Part shown: positions 13,501 through 25,887 of the stretch, piece by piece
Layout: each line of letters opens with the position of its first letter
Position numbering within the stretch: position 1 is the stretch's first letter
DNA from: Vitrella brassicaformis CCMP3155
Lineage: Eukaryota; Protista; Chromerida
Direction: 5' to 3'
DNA length: 64,000 nucleotides
Assembly: GCA_001179505.1 (NCBI GenBank)
Contig: CDMY01000185.1
Coordinates: forward strand, 1-64,000
Translations under genes and position numbers: made by a program
Notes under the pieces: generated by a model
The model's input: the letters and a program-made list of their open reading frames with translations, nothing else
Database searches by the model: none
Told to the model about the DNA's origin: nothing

Positions 13501-14139
13501 GTGTGTGTTGGTGTTGTCGCGTACGCACCAGGAATTCGGTAGAGTCTTCCTTGAGGTGCATGGTGATGCGAGTGCCCCTGCCGAGTGTGTCGCCTCGGGG
13601 GTCCTTGGCGATCCTGAAGTTGGCGTCTGCAGTCGACTCCCAGATGTGCTGCTCGTCGTCGTGGTGCTTGGACGTCACCTACAGCAGGGCCAGCCATTGC
13701 ATGGACACACACCACACAGGCAGGCAGGGATGGTGTGCTGAGTGAGGTTGTGCGGGGTGGGTATGGTATGGTGTGGGGGCTGCGTGTCGCGCGTACCGTG
13801 ACTTTGTCGGCGACGAGGAAGGTGGAGTAGAAACCCACACCGAACTGACCGATCAGATTCACATCGGCACCTGGCACATCATACACACCACAACACACAA
13901 CACACACGTCCACCCACCCTGTCTCTGTGTGTGTGTGCGTGTGTGTGCGTGAGTGTGCGTCTGACCTCCAGCAACGGCTTCCAGGAAGTTTGTGGTTCCG
14001 GATTTGGCGACAGTGCCGAGGTTGTTGATGAGGTCCTGTTTGGTCATGCCGATACCCGTGTCGGTGAGGCTGAGGGTCTTGGCCTCGCTGTCCCACTCTA
14101 TCCTGATGTCCAAGTCCTTCTTGTCGCCCAACACCTGCA

Positions 14140-14170
<31 letters not shown>

Positions 14171-14845
14171 TAACCACCGAGTTGACGAGTATGAGGGTGA
14201 GGCTGCAGGGTGTGGTGTGTGTACTCACCGCTTCGTCGGTAACGGAGAGGTATCTGACTTTCTCGAGCGCGTCCGCGGCGTTTGAGATGGTCTCGCGAAG
14301 GAACACCTCCTTCTGCGTGTACAGACTGTTGATGATAATGTCCATCAGCCGATTCACCTGCACACAACACAACACACGTATGGCCACACACAGAAGGAGG
14401 TGGGGTGGCTGTGTGTGGGGTGGCTGTGTGTTTCTGCGGACCTCAGCCTGGAACTCGTAGTTCTCCGAGGACTTGCCGAGGGCCTCCTTCTCCTCGTCAG
14501 ACATGGAGTCCATGTTCTTGCTGTGGCGCACACAACCAAACAAGACACATACCATCCGCAGTGCCTAGTGCCCGTCTGCAGCCTCTGAGCCGCGTTCCTC
14601 ACCCATCAGCGGGCTTGTTCTTGGGCTCATCCTCTCCCTCGTCGTCGAGGGCACCTTCGTGCCCCTCGGCCGCGAACTCTTCAGGCAGATCTTCGTCCTC
14701 ACACACAACTACACACACACATGGGCGGTCAGCATGAAGCGGCCACGTGCCGTCTCCGTGCTGTCTGGCTGTGCGGCGCACCTGTGTTGAGGCTGAGCAG
14801 GAAAACCAGGGCCACGAGGCCCAGCAGCAGCCAATGGCGCACCAT
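10526..14845 (-). CDS. HSP90B1: Endoplasmin / GRP94 (ER HSP90), about 17 exons
   Basis: Signal peptide [17 protein letters not shown]; [62 protein letters not shown] and LEINPNHP motifs; C-terminus APGHDEL* (ER retention signal). Confidence 0.97.
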
Positions 14846-14959
14846 CTCCGAGAAGAGGAGTGTGTCGAGCCGCCGCCAAGGGAGATCGGCGCAGGAAGGT
14901 GACCAAGCTGACAGTCTCCGCACCCAGCAGCGGCTTTCTGGTGTTTTCAACGCTCCCTG

Positions 14960-14998
14960 TGACGTGGTCGATCCACGTGTTCATTCTTCAAACCCTAG
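14960..14998. promoter_or_regulatory. Inverted ACGTGG-N5-CCACGT (UPRE/G-box-like) plus telo-box in the GRP94 upstream region
   Basis: TGACGTGG at 14960-14967, CCACGTGT at 14973-14980 and AAACCCTAG at 14990-14998, all 115-155 bp upstream of the GRP94 ATG. Confidence 0.35.
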
Positions 14999-15122
14999 CC
15001 CTGGACCCTGTCGACTTTTCCCTCCTCAGTTGCGAAGATCTACCCCCTCTGTCTACTTTCCTCATGTCGTCACGCCGCCCGGGGATCTTACCGCCGCTGT
15101 ACGTGAATTTCACATATCCCCA

Positions 15123-16055
15123 ATGATGGCTCGTGTCCTCGTTGCGCCCCTCATCCCCCTGCTGCTCGCCTCACATGGAGTGCTGTGCCAGGCACAGGTG
15201 ACGGCGGCGGACGGGCAGGAGCTTGAGGAAGCCGGACAGAGCTTGCGAGGCTCCGCCAGCCCCACCCCGACGGTTCCGCCGGCCGTCAAGCAAAAAGAGT
15301 GCCGCGTCCTCGACAGATTCAATGCGACCATCGAGCCGGGCGACTATCGGAAGATCTCCATCGATCTGGTACGAAGTAGGTTGGAAAACTGACACTTCCA
15401 TCATGTGCAGCCTCTTCTTTCTCTTGCCCTTCAGGATGAGCTGCGGACGACGACTTCTGCAGACGTAGATGTTGTTATCGCTTCCAATGCTCTCCGCGGC
15501 GATGGTGACCTTTTCACATTTGTGGACGGGTAAAGAGATGGAGAGATACGCACACACACACACTGCTGCACAAGCGCGTGCCTCCTTGCAGCGAAACATG
15601 GGGGGAGTCGCTTCAACCGTCGTGTCCACTTGAAGATGGCTATGGGCTCTGTCGGCGTCGCATTTTATGAGGGCTCTTTCTCTCTGCTGGAGGCATATAT
15701 TGTCCCGTTCGGCAATGAAACCGCCATGATGGTACGTTTTGAATGCCTGATGAATGACGGCCGCCTTGATGGGGTTTCTTGTGTGTGCAGGATGTGATAG
15801 TGTACGCGACGGATGAGGAGTGCGAGCCCTCGGTGTCCATCAGCTTGGCAGGGTGTGCCAACCCGATCTACCCTGGAAGTGGATGGATACCCTCCCCTCT
15901 ATCCTGCGCTTTTTGCCCTATCGCTGGCGCTCGGCCCGGCCCAGATAAAGGTGGGTCTCTCGGAAGGAACAGAATGCAACACAAACAAAAGGCTGTTGTC
16001 TTCTGTCACAGGTGGGTTTGAGCAACCAGACAGAGGCCCAGACACACCCAGGTGA
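15123..16055 (+). pseudogene. Secreted family paralog 1 (PPC-like), apparently frameshifted in exon 3
   Basis: Same exon structure as the paralogs at 16585 and 39082. Exon 3, read in the phase conserved in both paralogs (GETWGESLQPSCPLEDG), hits TGA before the conserved EAYIVPFG, which lies in a shifted frame. Confidence 0.55.
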
Positions 16056-16584
16056 TGAGGGGGAATCGGTGAATGGCGCACCCAGCTGCAGTGCAGATGG
16101 GGTGCCCTCTATCGGCTGTCTGTCCATCGGCTGTCTTGTCTGTGTCTTGTCTTTCCTGTGTCGCAAGTCATATCGCGTAATGTGATTCCCTTCCCTCCTC
16201 TCTCTCGTGAGGCCATTCTTTGTGTATGCTGTGGGAGTTAAGGGCGGTCAATCTGTCCGTCCTGCCTGAGGATTGCCTGTTTGATGTATGCGGCCTCCCT
16301 GCCTGTCTGCCAGTGTGCCTGCCTGTCTGGCATGTACGTTTCTGTTTGTGCTGATCTAGTGAGAATGAGAATGCGTGGGCCTCGACAGACTTGTTGCTGT
16401 CATGGCTGATTTGATTGAGTGAGCGGATGGCGTCAGTCAATTGAGAATCGACTGACTGCCTCTGATAATAAGACTCCCGGGAACAACGAACGGTTGCTCT
16501 TCCGTTTACATTTACCGTACGTGCCGGTGGCCGTCGCTGATAGGACAGCTCGGAGCTGCCTTTAGTAACAGTGGAGTCCCCGAG

Positions 16585-17596
16585 ATGGCTCGTGTCGTCG
16601 TGTCCCTCATCTCCCTGTTGCTGGCCTTCAATGGAGTGATCTGCCAGGCCCAGCTGGCCACGGTGGACGTCGACAGGCAGGAGCTCGAGGACACCATCCA
16701 ACGACTGCGAGAAGGGTTCCTGGCACCCGTGCAGAGTAAGCAGGAGCTTGAGGTATCCGCCGAAGCAAGTCCCGCCAACGGCAGTCCCACATCGACGCTT
16801 CCGCTAGCCGTCAAGCAAGAAGAGTGCCACGTCCTCGAGAGGTTCAATGCGACCATACAGCCGGGCGACTATCGGAAGATTTCCATCGATCTGGTAAGAC
16901 CAGACGAGAGGTCAGGCAGCCGACGCGTCCAGCATCTGCACCTTCTTCTCGCCGTTGTTTCTTCAGAATCAGCTCCGCAGTGATGGCTTTGTTGGGGTGG
17001 TTGTCGCGTCGAATTCGCTTCGTGGCGACGCAGACATCTTCACCTTCCTTGACAGGTGAGCGTGGGGCGAGAGATGCACTTACATATCGACCACGTGCTC
17101 GTGCAGGGAAAAGAGGCACAAGTCGCTTGAACCATCGTGTTTTCCTGAACCGGGCCATGCTGATGATTTTGAGGACTATGCCGGCTTCTACCTGGCTTCT
17201 CTTTCCATCGTCGACCACACTCTTCTGGAGGCCTATATCGTGCCGTTCGGCAGCGACCCCGCCGAAGTGGTACGATGCGAATGCCTGATGGCCACTGACG
17301 GCCACTCTGATGGGATTGCTATTGCTGCAGGATGTGATAGTGTACGCGACGGATGAGGAGTGCGAGCCCTCGGTGTCCATCACCTTGACAGGGTGTGCCG
17401 ACCCGATCTACCCTGGAAGTGGATGGGAGCCTGCTGAACTTGGGCCTGACGAGAATGCTGGCGCTCGGCCCGGCCCAGATAAACGTGGGTCTCTCGGAAG
17501 GAACAGAATGCAACACAAACAAAAGGCGTGTTCTTCCTGTTTACTTTCACAGGTGGCTTTGAGCAGCCAGACAGAGGCCCAGACAGAGACCGGTGA
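16585..17596 (+). CDS. Secreted family paralog 2 (PPC-like), 5 exons, intact
   Basis: MARVVVSLISLLLAFNGVICQA signal; RFNATIQPGDYRKISIDL | NQLRSDGFVGVVVASNSLRGDADIFTFLD | REKRHKSLEPSC...EAYIVPFGSDPAEV | DVIVYATDEECEP...YPGSGW...GARPGPDK | RGFEQPDRGPDRDR*. Confidence 0.8.
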
Positions 17597-18141
17597 TAAG
17601 GTGACACGCAGCTGCAGTGCTGGTGTCCGCTTTGCTCATGCGGCCGGGCAATAGACATTTGTATCTGTGATTTTTTCCTGTTGGCCGTCCAAAATGGTGA
17701 GTGTCTCTGTTCTCTGGGTTCACTTGTGCTCTGTGCTTGATTAGATTTGGGGTGCTAGCGTTCATGGCAGATGCATTTGATTCTTATCCTTCACTGGTGT
17801 GTGTCTGTGGTTTTGCTTTGACGGAGGGAGGGAGGGAGCCAGAGCGGCCGAGGGTTTTGTTGTGTGAATGCAATTAAGGCTGCCTGTCTGTGTGCATCAT
17901 GCCCGTGTGCTTGATTTGCGTATGTGTGTACAGTACGCTGTATAGTCGTAGATTTGAGACAAGAGCGGAATTGTTTTGACGTGCTGTTGTTTCGACACTC
18001 ATGGTTTATGCGCACATGCATGCACATGCAACACAAGGCGCCATCCACACGATGGCAAGTTGTCCACATGAAGGGACGAACGAATCGGGGTCAACGTCAA
18101 CCATCCATCGACAACAGAAAGGCACGACGACTGGGGTAGGG

Positions 18142-18193
18142 AGGGGCCAGTCGTCCAGGTGACCTCTACCGAACGACCGAACGACTGGCCCCT
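18142..18193. repeat. Perfect 13-bp inverted repeat (AGGGGCCAGTCGT ... ACGACTGGCCCCT) with 26-nt spacer
   Basis: Direct inspection of intergenic sequence. Confidence 0.7.
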
Positions 18194-19069
18194 AAAAAAT
18201 CATCATCACTGTCGCCACGCGCTTCATGCACCATCGCAGCGTCCTCATTATGTGTCCGTATTCGCCACATGTGTTTCACACAACTCAGGCAAAAACTCTC
18301 TCTACCGTCGGTGAAAGTTTTGTTGTTTTGCTGCATTCACGTGTGTGTGTGTAAGGGCCGACCTACCAGCCGTCCAGCCAGCGCAGAAAGGAGTGTTACT
18401 GTACACGGCTCGCTCACTCAGTCACTCAATCACTCGTTTACCATCAACGACCGACTCACTCATGTCATGAGAAGAAAATCGCTCCGCTCCCTCATGTGCA
18501 CCGCTCTCCCCTCTTTCTCTCCTGTCTGTGTGTGTGTGTGTGTGTGTAGGTATGCACATGGATGCACGACTGCACTGCACTACGGGCGGCGCCCGTCCAC
18601 CCACCCAGCCACTCATACATCCTTGCCCCCCCCTCCACCCTCCAACGTGCGATGGTTGTCTTCTCTTCCTGGCCCGCCCTCTCGGCTTTCTTGACTGCAC
18701 GTGCTCGTTCGCCTCTCGAGCCGCCGACAGCACAAGGTCGAAAGCGCAAGAGGAACACGAGGGCGTGCAGAGAAGAAAGCCATGAGAGCGACAGCTCACA
18801 TCCATCCATCCATCCATGAGCCCAGATCGGCACACAGTCTACGTCTTACACCGCACAGACACTCACACAAACGATCCCACCCACACGCGCAACCAAGACG
18901 CCAGGCAGCCAGCCAGCCGTCCAGCCGGCGCTCGTCTTCGAGACGAGCGTGAAAATTGCACCAGGCCGGGCCAGGCTGGCTGGGCCACACCACACCACAC
19001 CCACACCACATCCGCGACAAAAACAAAAAGAGAGAATTCAAGGCAGGCAGCCCATCGGGAGTGAGGGAG

Positions 19070-20018
19070 TTAGTTGGAGTAGTCGGAGACATCGCCGCAG
19101 GAGCAGACGAGGTTCTTCTCGCCAAAGGGGTTATTGACGCGTCCGACGGTGGGCCAGAACTTGCCCCTCATGTGCACCCAGGGGGCGGGGAAGGCGCCGA
19201 CCTCTCGAGAGTATGGCCGGTTCCAGTCGCTGCTGCACACCTCCTTCTGCGTGTGGGGCGCGTTCTTGATCGGATTGTTGTCTTGCGGCTGATGGAGGCA
19301 GCCAGGCGACACACACACACACACACAGGGGTATGCAGCCGTCCGTCATGAGACCTCTATAGGTCGGCCTCAGTGGGTGGATTGTCTTGCTTACCCATTC
19401 GCCGGATTCGATTTTGCCGATTTCCTCGCGGATCATGATCATGGCGTCGCAAAACCGATCCAGCTCAGCCCTGCACACAAGCACAGACACAGACCACGGC
19501 TCATCTCGAGTCTGTCGGGGGTCGCTGGGTGCTTCTTTTTACTCACTGGTTCTCTGATTCGGTTGGTTCGATCATGAGGGCTGATGGGACGGGCCAGCTC
19601 ATGGTGGGCGCGTGGAAGCCGTAGTCCATCAGACGCTTCGCGACGTCCTCCTGCACACACATCGACACACGCACATAGAAGCGGATGAGTGGGTCTTTGT
19701 TTATGGCTGAGTGCGTGTGTCTCCGCGGCTGACCTCAACGATGCCGCATGACTTTTTGAACGGCTCGACGTCGAGGATGAACTCGTGCGCACACCTGCCC
19801 TTGGCACCGGCGAACTTGATGTTGAAGTGGGGCTTCAGCCGAGTCATCATGTAGTTGGCATTCAATATCGCCATCTGACACACACACGCATCGCATGGCC
19901 AAGCCACACCACACGCCACACGCCACACACATGCATTCCCCCTCTCCCTCTCTGTCCTGTGCTGTGTTGTGTGAGGTCAACCCACCTCTGCGGACGCTTT
20001 GAGGCCCTGCGCGCCGAG

Positions 20019-20051
<33 letters not shown>

Positions 20052-23005
20052 CATGGCCGAGCCCCACGGGGCGCCCGTCACCTGAGGCCCCCTCTCCACC
20101 GTCCCAACCGGCACGATGCAGTGGCCGGGCAGGAAAGGCGCCAGGTGCTTCCTCACACCTGATGTCGTTAGACACACAATACACACAGAGAGAGAGAGAG
20201 AGAGATGTGTGTCGGTTTCGGTTAGAGCGTTGTGAGTGTCTGTGCGCACCGATTGGTCCGACGCCCGGCCCGCCGCCTCCGTGAGGGATGGCGAATGTCT
20301 TGTGCAGATTCAGGTGGCACACGTCTGCACATTCTCACACACAAACACGCAAACAGCGATTACAAATATCACATTCGTGTGTGGGCACACCACACCCATC
20401 GTGTGGGATGGGATGAGATGTGTGAAGTGCATGGCACGCACCTGCCCCAATGATGCCCGGGGAGGTCAGCCCCAGCTGCGCATTCATGTTTGCGCCGTCC
20501 ATATAGACCTGCCCCCCGTTGTCGTGCACAATCTGGCATATCCTCACAATCTCCTCCTCAAACACGCCATGCGTCGAGGGGTACGTCACCATCAGCGCGC
20601 TCAGGTCCTCGGAGTGCTCCTTGGCCACGGCCTCCAGCTGGGCCACGTCGACGTTACCCTGCTTGTCAGAGTCGATGGCCTTGATGCGCATGCCGGCCAT
20701 GACGGCTGAGGCCGGGTTGGTGCCGTGGGCGCTCTTGGGGATGATGCACACGTCACGGTGGCCCTCGCCGATGGACTCCTGGTACTTGCGGATGGCTAGG
20801 AGACCCGTGTACTCGCCCGTCGCGCCACTATTCGGCTGCAATGAGACTGCGTCAAAACCTGCACACACACACGAGAGAGAGAGAGAGAGGGAGACAGAGA
20901 GGGAGGGAGGGAGAAGGGGACTGGTGCTGTGTGGTGTAGTTTGCGGCTCGTCCGCTGACCGGTGATGGTGCAGAGGTATTTGCTGAGCTCGAAGATCATC
21001 TGTCGGTAGCCCTTGGTCTGCTCGGGCGGCGAGAAGGGGTGCATGTTGGCGAACTCGTTCCACAGGATGGGCTCCATGCTGCTGGCGGGGTTGAGCTTCA
21101 TGGTGCAGGACCCCAGGGAGATCATGCTCGTGTTGAGGGCCAGGTCCTTGTTCTCCAGGTACTTCATGTAGCGCATCATCTCGGTCTCCGTCTGGATGAG
21201 GTTGAAGATCTGCTGCGTCATGAAGGACGACTTGCGCGCGAAGGCCGCCGGCATCTCGCCGGTGACGTTCTTGGACAGCTCGGAGGGGTCCACCTTGACG
21301 GGCTGGCCGTACCTGGCGAGGGCGAACCCCTCGAGCAGCGTGTCGACGTCCGCGACGGTATGGGTCTCATCGAAGGCGACACCGACCATTGTGGGGCCCA
21401 TCGAACGGATGTTCATCTGGCGAGACCTGCATACACACACACACACACACAGAATACGGCACAGCACATGGCTGGGTGTGTGGGGGGAGGGGGGGGGGTG
21501 CGTGTGCCTGACAAACTGACCTCATGATTTCGACCATGACGTCGGTCGACACGGGGGCGATGTCGACTGTGAGGGTGTCGAAGAAGTTCTCGCCGTTGAT
21601 CGTCGTGTAACCCATGCTCTCGATGCCACGCTGGAACCTGACACAGACACACACACACACACACACGATGCACAGGTATGCGCAAATCGACATCTCTGTG
21701 TGAGTCTCTCTCTGTGCACACCACCCACCTCTGTGCGAGTCCGTGGACGCGCCTTGCGATGTCCTTGAGCCCCTCCGGCCCATGGTAAATGGCGTACATG
21801 GCGGCGATGTTGGCCAGCAGCGCCTGGGACGTGCACACATTGCTGGTCGCCTTGTCCTTGCGGATGTGCTGCTCCCTCGTCTGCAGCGCCATCCTCAGCG
21901 CCCTGTCCCCCCTCTCGTCTATCGATATCCCGATGATCCGCCCGGGCATCCGACGCATGTTCTCCTTGCGCGTCGCGAAGAAGGCCGCGTGCGGACCGCC
22001 GAACCCCATGGGCACACCGAACCGCTGCGTCGTGCCGAACACGACGTCTGCACCGAACTCGCCAGGGGGTGTGGCGAGGGTGAGTGCGAGAGGGTCGGAT
22101 GAGACGACGAGCTGTGCGCCGTGTGCATGGAGGGCGTCTGCGACGCCCCTGAAGTCCTCAAGGGTGCCGGTGGTGTCGGGGTACTGGACGAGTGCGCCGC
22201 AGACGGACTGCTTTGAGAAGTTGAAGTCGTGATGGTCGCCGACGATGAGCTTCATGCCGATGGGCTCGGCGCGTGTCTTCATGACCTCGATGATCTGGGG
22301 ATGGGTGCGGTCGCTGACAAGGAAGACGTTCTTGGTCGGCTTGGCGCCCGTCGACCGGAAGACCATCGTCATGGCCTCGGCACCCGCCGTCGCCTCGTCC
22401 AGCAGCGACGCGTTGGCGATCTCCATGCCGGTCAGTTCCACAACCATTGTCTGGTAGTTGAGCAGCGACTCGAGCCGCCCCTGGCTGATCTCTGCCTGGT
22501 ACGGGGTGTAGGCGGTGTACCAGGTGGGATTGGTGACGAGGCAGCGCTTGATGACGGGCGGCAGGATGTTGTGGTGGTAGCCCATGCCGATGAAGGACTT
22601 GTGGACGACGTTCTGCCTGGCGATCTTGTCGAGCAGGGTGCTCATGACCGTCTCGCTCTGCGTCGCCTCGTGCAGGTTGAGCTTATCCTTCCGCCGAATG
22701 CTCGCCGGCACCGTCTGCTCTATCAGCTCCTCAATCGAAGACACGCCCAGCACCTTGAGCATGTCAGCCACCTCGGTGCCGTCAGGGCCGATGTGTCGAC
22801 GCAGAAAGGTGTCAGAGGGGCGCAGAAAGGATGGCACCGACACATCACTGCTGCTGCTGCTACTACTGCTGGTGCTGGTGCTGGGGGAAGAGGCTGCTGA
22901 CGAGAAGTGTTGGACAGCAATGCGGCGATGCTGTGAGGAGGGGGGTAGCTTGGCTGCCCTCGCACACACGCATCCTGCCAGCCGCCTCGATGCAACGGCC
23001 CTCAT
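19070..23005 (-). CDS. GLDC: Glycine dehydrogenase (decarboxylating), glycine cleavage P protein, mitochondrial
   Basis: Arg/Ser-rich presequence; [104 protein letters not shown], the PLP-lysine motif [18 protein letters not shown], and [21 protein letters not shown]. Confidence 0.97.
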
Positions 23006-23291
23006 GGTCTCACCGATATGTCCGCCCTCAGCGAAGTACCACAGCAGTACCACAGCTGGCGGATACGACGAACGTGTGTTCTGGAAACGCTGATTAAGAG
23101 AAGAGTCCAGTGGAGCTGCGCGTGAAATCCATCGGAAAGGGTCGCAGGGGAAGCGGCTCAAGTACAAGTATTGCTCAAGTATTGCCTCGAGCAGCAAAGC
23201 AGCCGCTCAGTTCATTAAAGTAACCACTGGATGTAACGTTGTGTCGACGTTGGGGTGTTCGGAGCGCCGCCGCGGGAGTGTGGCCGAGAGT

Positions 23292-25887
23292 ATGGCTATG
23301 GCGCGCGAGTGCACCCAGGGTGAGGGAGCCTCAGGGAGGGCCGGCAGAATGAATGGAAGATTGAAAGGCCTGCATCCCTCCCTGCTGTCTGCCATTTACA
23401 CTGCAGGCACTCTCAGACTGCAGATGAAGGCGCCATATGAGCAGCTCGATGAACAAACCGAGCACCGCACCGCCCAGGCAGTGGTACGAGGGTTTGCACG
23501 AGTTGATCAAGCGAGGAGGAAGGCAACGGGCCCTCCCTCTGTGTCTGTGGTGATTGCAGATGTGGCTCATGGCACACAGGGGTTTCAAGCTCGACTTCTT
23601 GGTGACCCCACGCCGTGGCCGGTTCGGCACCGTCGTGGCGATGAGGGACTCCGACGGTCGGCGGTGGGCGGTGAAGCTCATGTCCCACAGCGAAACAGAC
23701 GCCAACGCACAAGTGGTACGCTCACACGCTCTAAGGCAGCAATGTTAATCAACACACACACACGCACAGGGAGGGTACTTGGATGTGTGTGTGTGTCAGG
23801 TCAACGGGTGGTTTCGCGCGGGCAACGACCTGTGGATCGAGGACTGCCAGCAGCGCGCCAGCCAGCCCTACCCGATACAGCCACCGCCCACCATTGTCCG
23901 GTGCCGAGCCGTCTACCACATCCCGGGGCCGTATACGACGCTCGGGGGCGAGCGAGTTGAGGGCGTCACGGCGTATCAGCTGGAGTGGATCGACCGTAAG
24001 CAGGCCACCCACCACATTTAAGGGTGGATTGCATGACTTTCGGCTCTCTCTGTCGGTGTTTATTGTTGTGTGTTTGCAGGGACTTTGCACGAGTTGAGGG
24101 GCCCCCTGTCTGAGGCAGCCCTGACCGCCATAGCCGAGGGGGTCGTTCGGGCGGTCGGCTACCTGGGGCTGTGTGGGCTCATCCACGGCGACATACACGT
24201 GCGTACTCGTACCTATGTGTATCACACACTCACTGACTCGCACCTGTGTGTGTGTGTGCAGGCCGGGAACATCGGAGTGCGGGTACGTCAGGCGGTCAAC
24301 CCCACCACCACCACCAGCACCACCACCAGCAGCGCCGCTCGCGACAGAAAGATCCGCGACGGCGACGGCGACAGCGATGAGTACGAGGCCGTGTTGCTCG
24401 ATCTTGACCGACTCCACAGGGAGAACGGCAAGGATCGCTTCAGCTTCCCCGAGATCAACAACGCCCTCGCGCCACACGGACAGGAGCAGCAGCCGCGGCC
24501 CGGCATGCTCTCTCACGGCCGAGACATGTACGATGCCGTCCACTGGCTCATCCAATCACTCAAGCGGCTTGACGCACCGCGGCGCCTAACCGCCGTCTTC
24601 GAGGACGTCCTGGCCATCAGTGAGAGGCAGCCCGCTGTGTGCTTATCTCAGGTGGGTAAGTCGGCACATAGACCACTCAAACAGGCAACGCCTGCCCACC
24701 TGCATACGTGTGATGTGGTGTGTATGTGTGTGTGTGTGTGTGTGCGTGTTGGATGACCAAACAGATACTGTCGAAGCTTCGAGCGTTGCGCAAGTCGACG
24801 AAGGCTCCCCCCAAGCCGTCAGCTGCCGCGTGTGGCACTGAGAACCGGAAGACGCCCCCTCTCTCGCCGCCCTCGCTGCGGCTGCCGGGCCATTTCACGC
24901 CGCAGCTCGACCCGACCCGCCCCACCATCTGCAACACCCGAGGGGCCCCCCCAGCACCACTAGTAGGACATCTGGCCGACCGCCACAACACACACCGCCC
25001 CCCTGGAGGCGTCATCGCGCCTCCCATTCCCCCATACCCGCACACGTCGCTGCCGGTGTGCAGCTCTCTCGTTATGGTGGTGCTCGTTTGCAGCCGACAC
25101 ACAGGGACGGCCCTGGTTTCGCTGTTAGCGGTGCTGTTCCCCCCTTCGCCCCTACCCCGCTGTGTCCTGCCTGCTCGCCCCCATTGCCCCACACCAACAC
25201 ACGCCCACCACCAGCAGCAGCGGCACCAGCAATGATGCCTTACCCGCCGCTCTGCGCGCAATACGGCAAGAGCCCAGCTACTCACCACCACTACAACAGA
25301 GGCGGGACACGCCCACCAAGTCCACCACCTATGAAGGCGCAGCAGGGTGCCAGGCTGAGGAGGGGACAGCAGAGGGCGGCTGAAGCGGCGCGAGAGGCGG
25401 CGGAGGGGGCCCGCAAGCTGGCGCAGCAGATACGGGAGGAGCAAAGGCAGTGGGAGGAGGCGTCGCAGGTGCGCGCGGACACGCACAGACGGCCGTATTT
25501 CTCTCCTTTGTGGTTGTCTTCATGTGTCTGCGGTGCGGTGTTGTGTGCGATTTCCTGCAGGCACCCGCAGTACCTGTCCCCTACCGTCCGCCACTGCAAG
25601 GGCACCCACACGCACAAGCTGCGGCTCCAGCACCGCGACAACCACAGCCGCCCCCGATGGCGGCGATTCATCCGCCGCCCATGATGCCGGTGCCACCGAT
25701 GGCACTGATACCGCCCGTTCATGTGCCCGGGATGGGGCATGGTCCGTGCCTCCGAGCACCCCCACCTGTCCCCGGGATGCTGCCATTACCACCACACCAC
25801 CACCACTATGGCGTCCCAACACCACCACAGGAGAGCGAAGCAGCAGCGGGCTGGAGGTGGTTCTTGGGGCTTTTCCGCCGGGGATGA
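23292..25887 (+). CDS. Divergent protein-kinase-like protein with long Pro/His-rich tail
   Basis: Spliced motifs RRGRFGTV (Gly loop), WAVKLM (catalytic Lys), HGDIH|AGN (catalytic loop across a phase-0 intron) and LLDLD (DFG position). Start and last exons are less certain. Confidence 0.65.

Noticed and set aside
14281-14310. GRP94 has RETISN instead of the usual RELISN
   Set aside because: The catalytic Glu and Asn are retained; a single substitution is not enough to claim altered function
15951-16021. Apparent conserved C-terminal peptide GRNRMQHKQKA in three paralogs
   Set aside because: It lies inside a GT-AG intron whose removal gives a consistent in-frame last exon (G-F-E-x-P-D) in all three copies; kept only as a conserved-intron finding
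18017-18024. TGCATGCA (apicomplexan ApiAP2-type motif) in intergenic DNA
   Set aside because: It occurs within CATG/CA-rich low-complexity sequence far from any predicted start; no positional evidence
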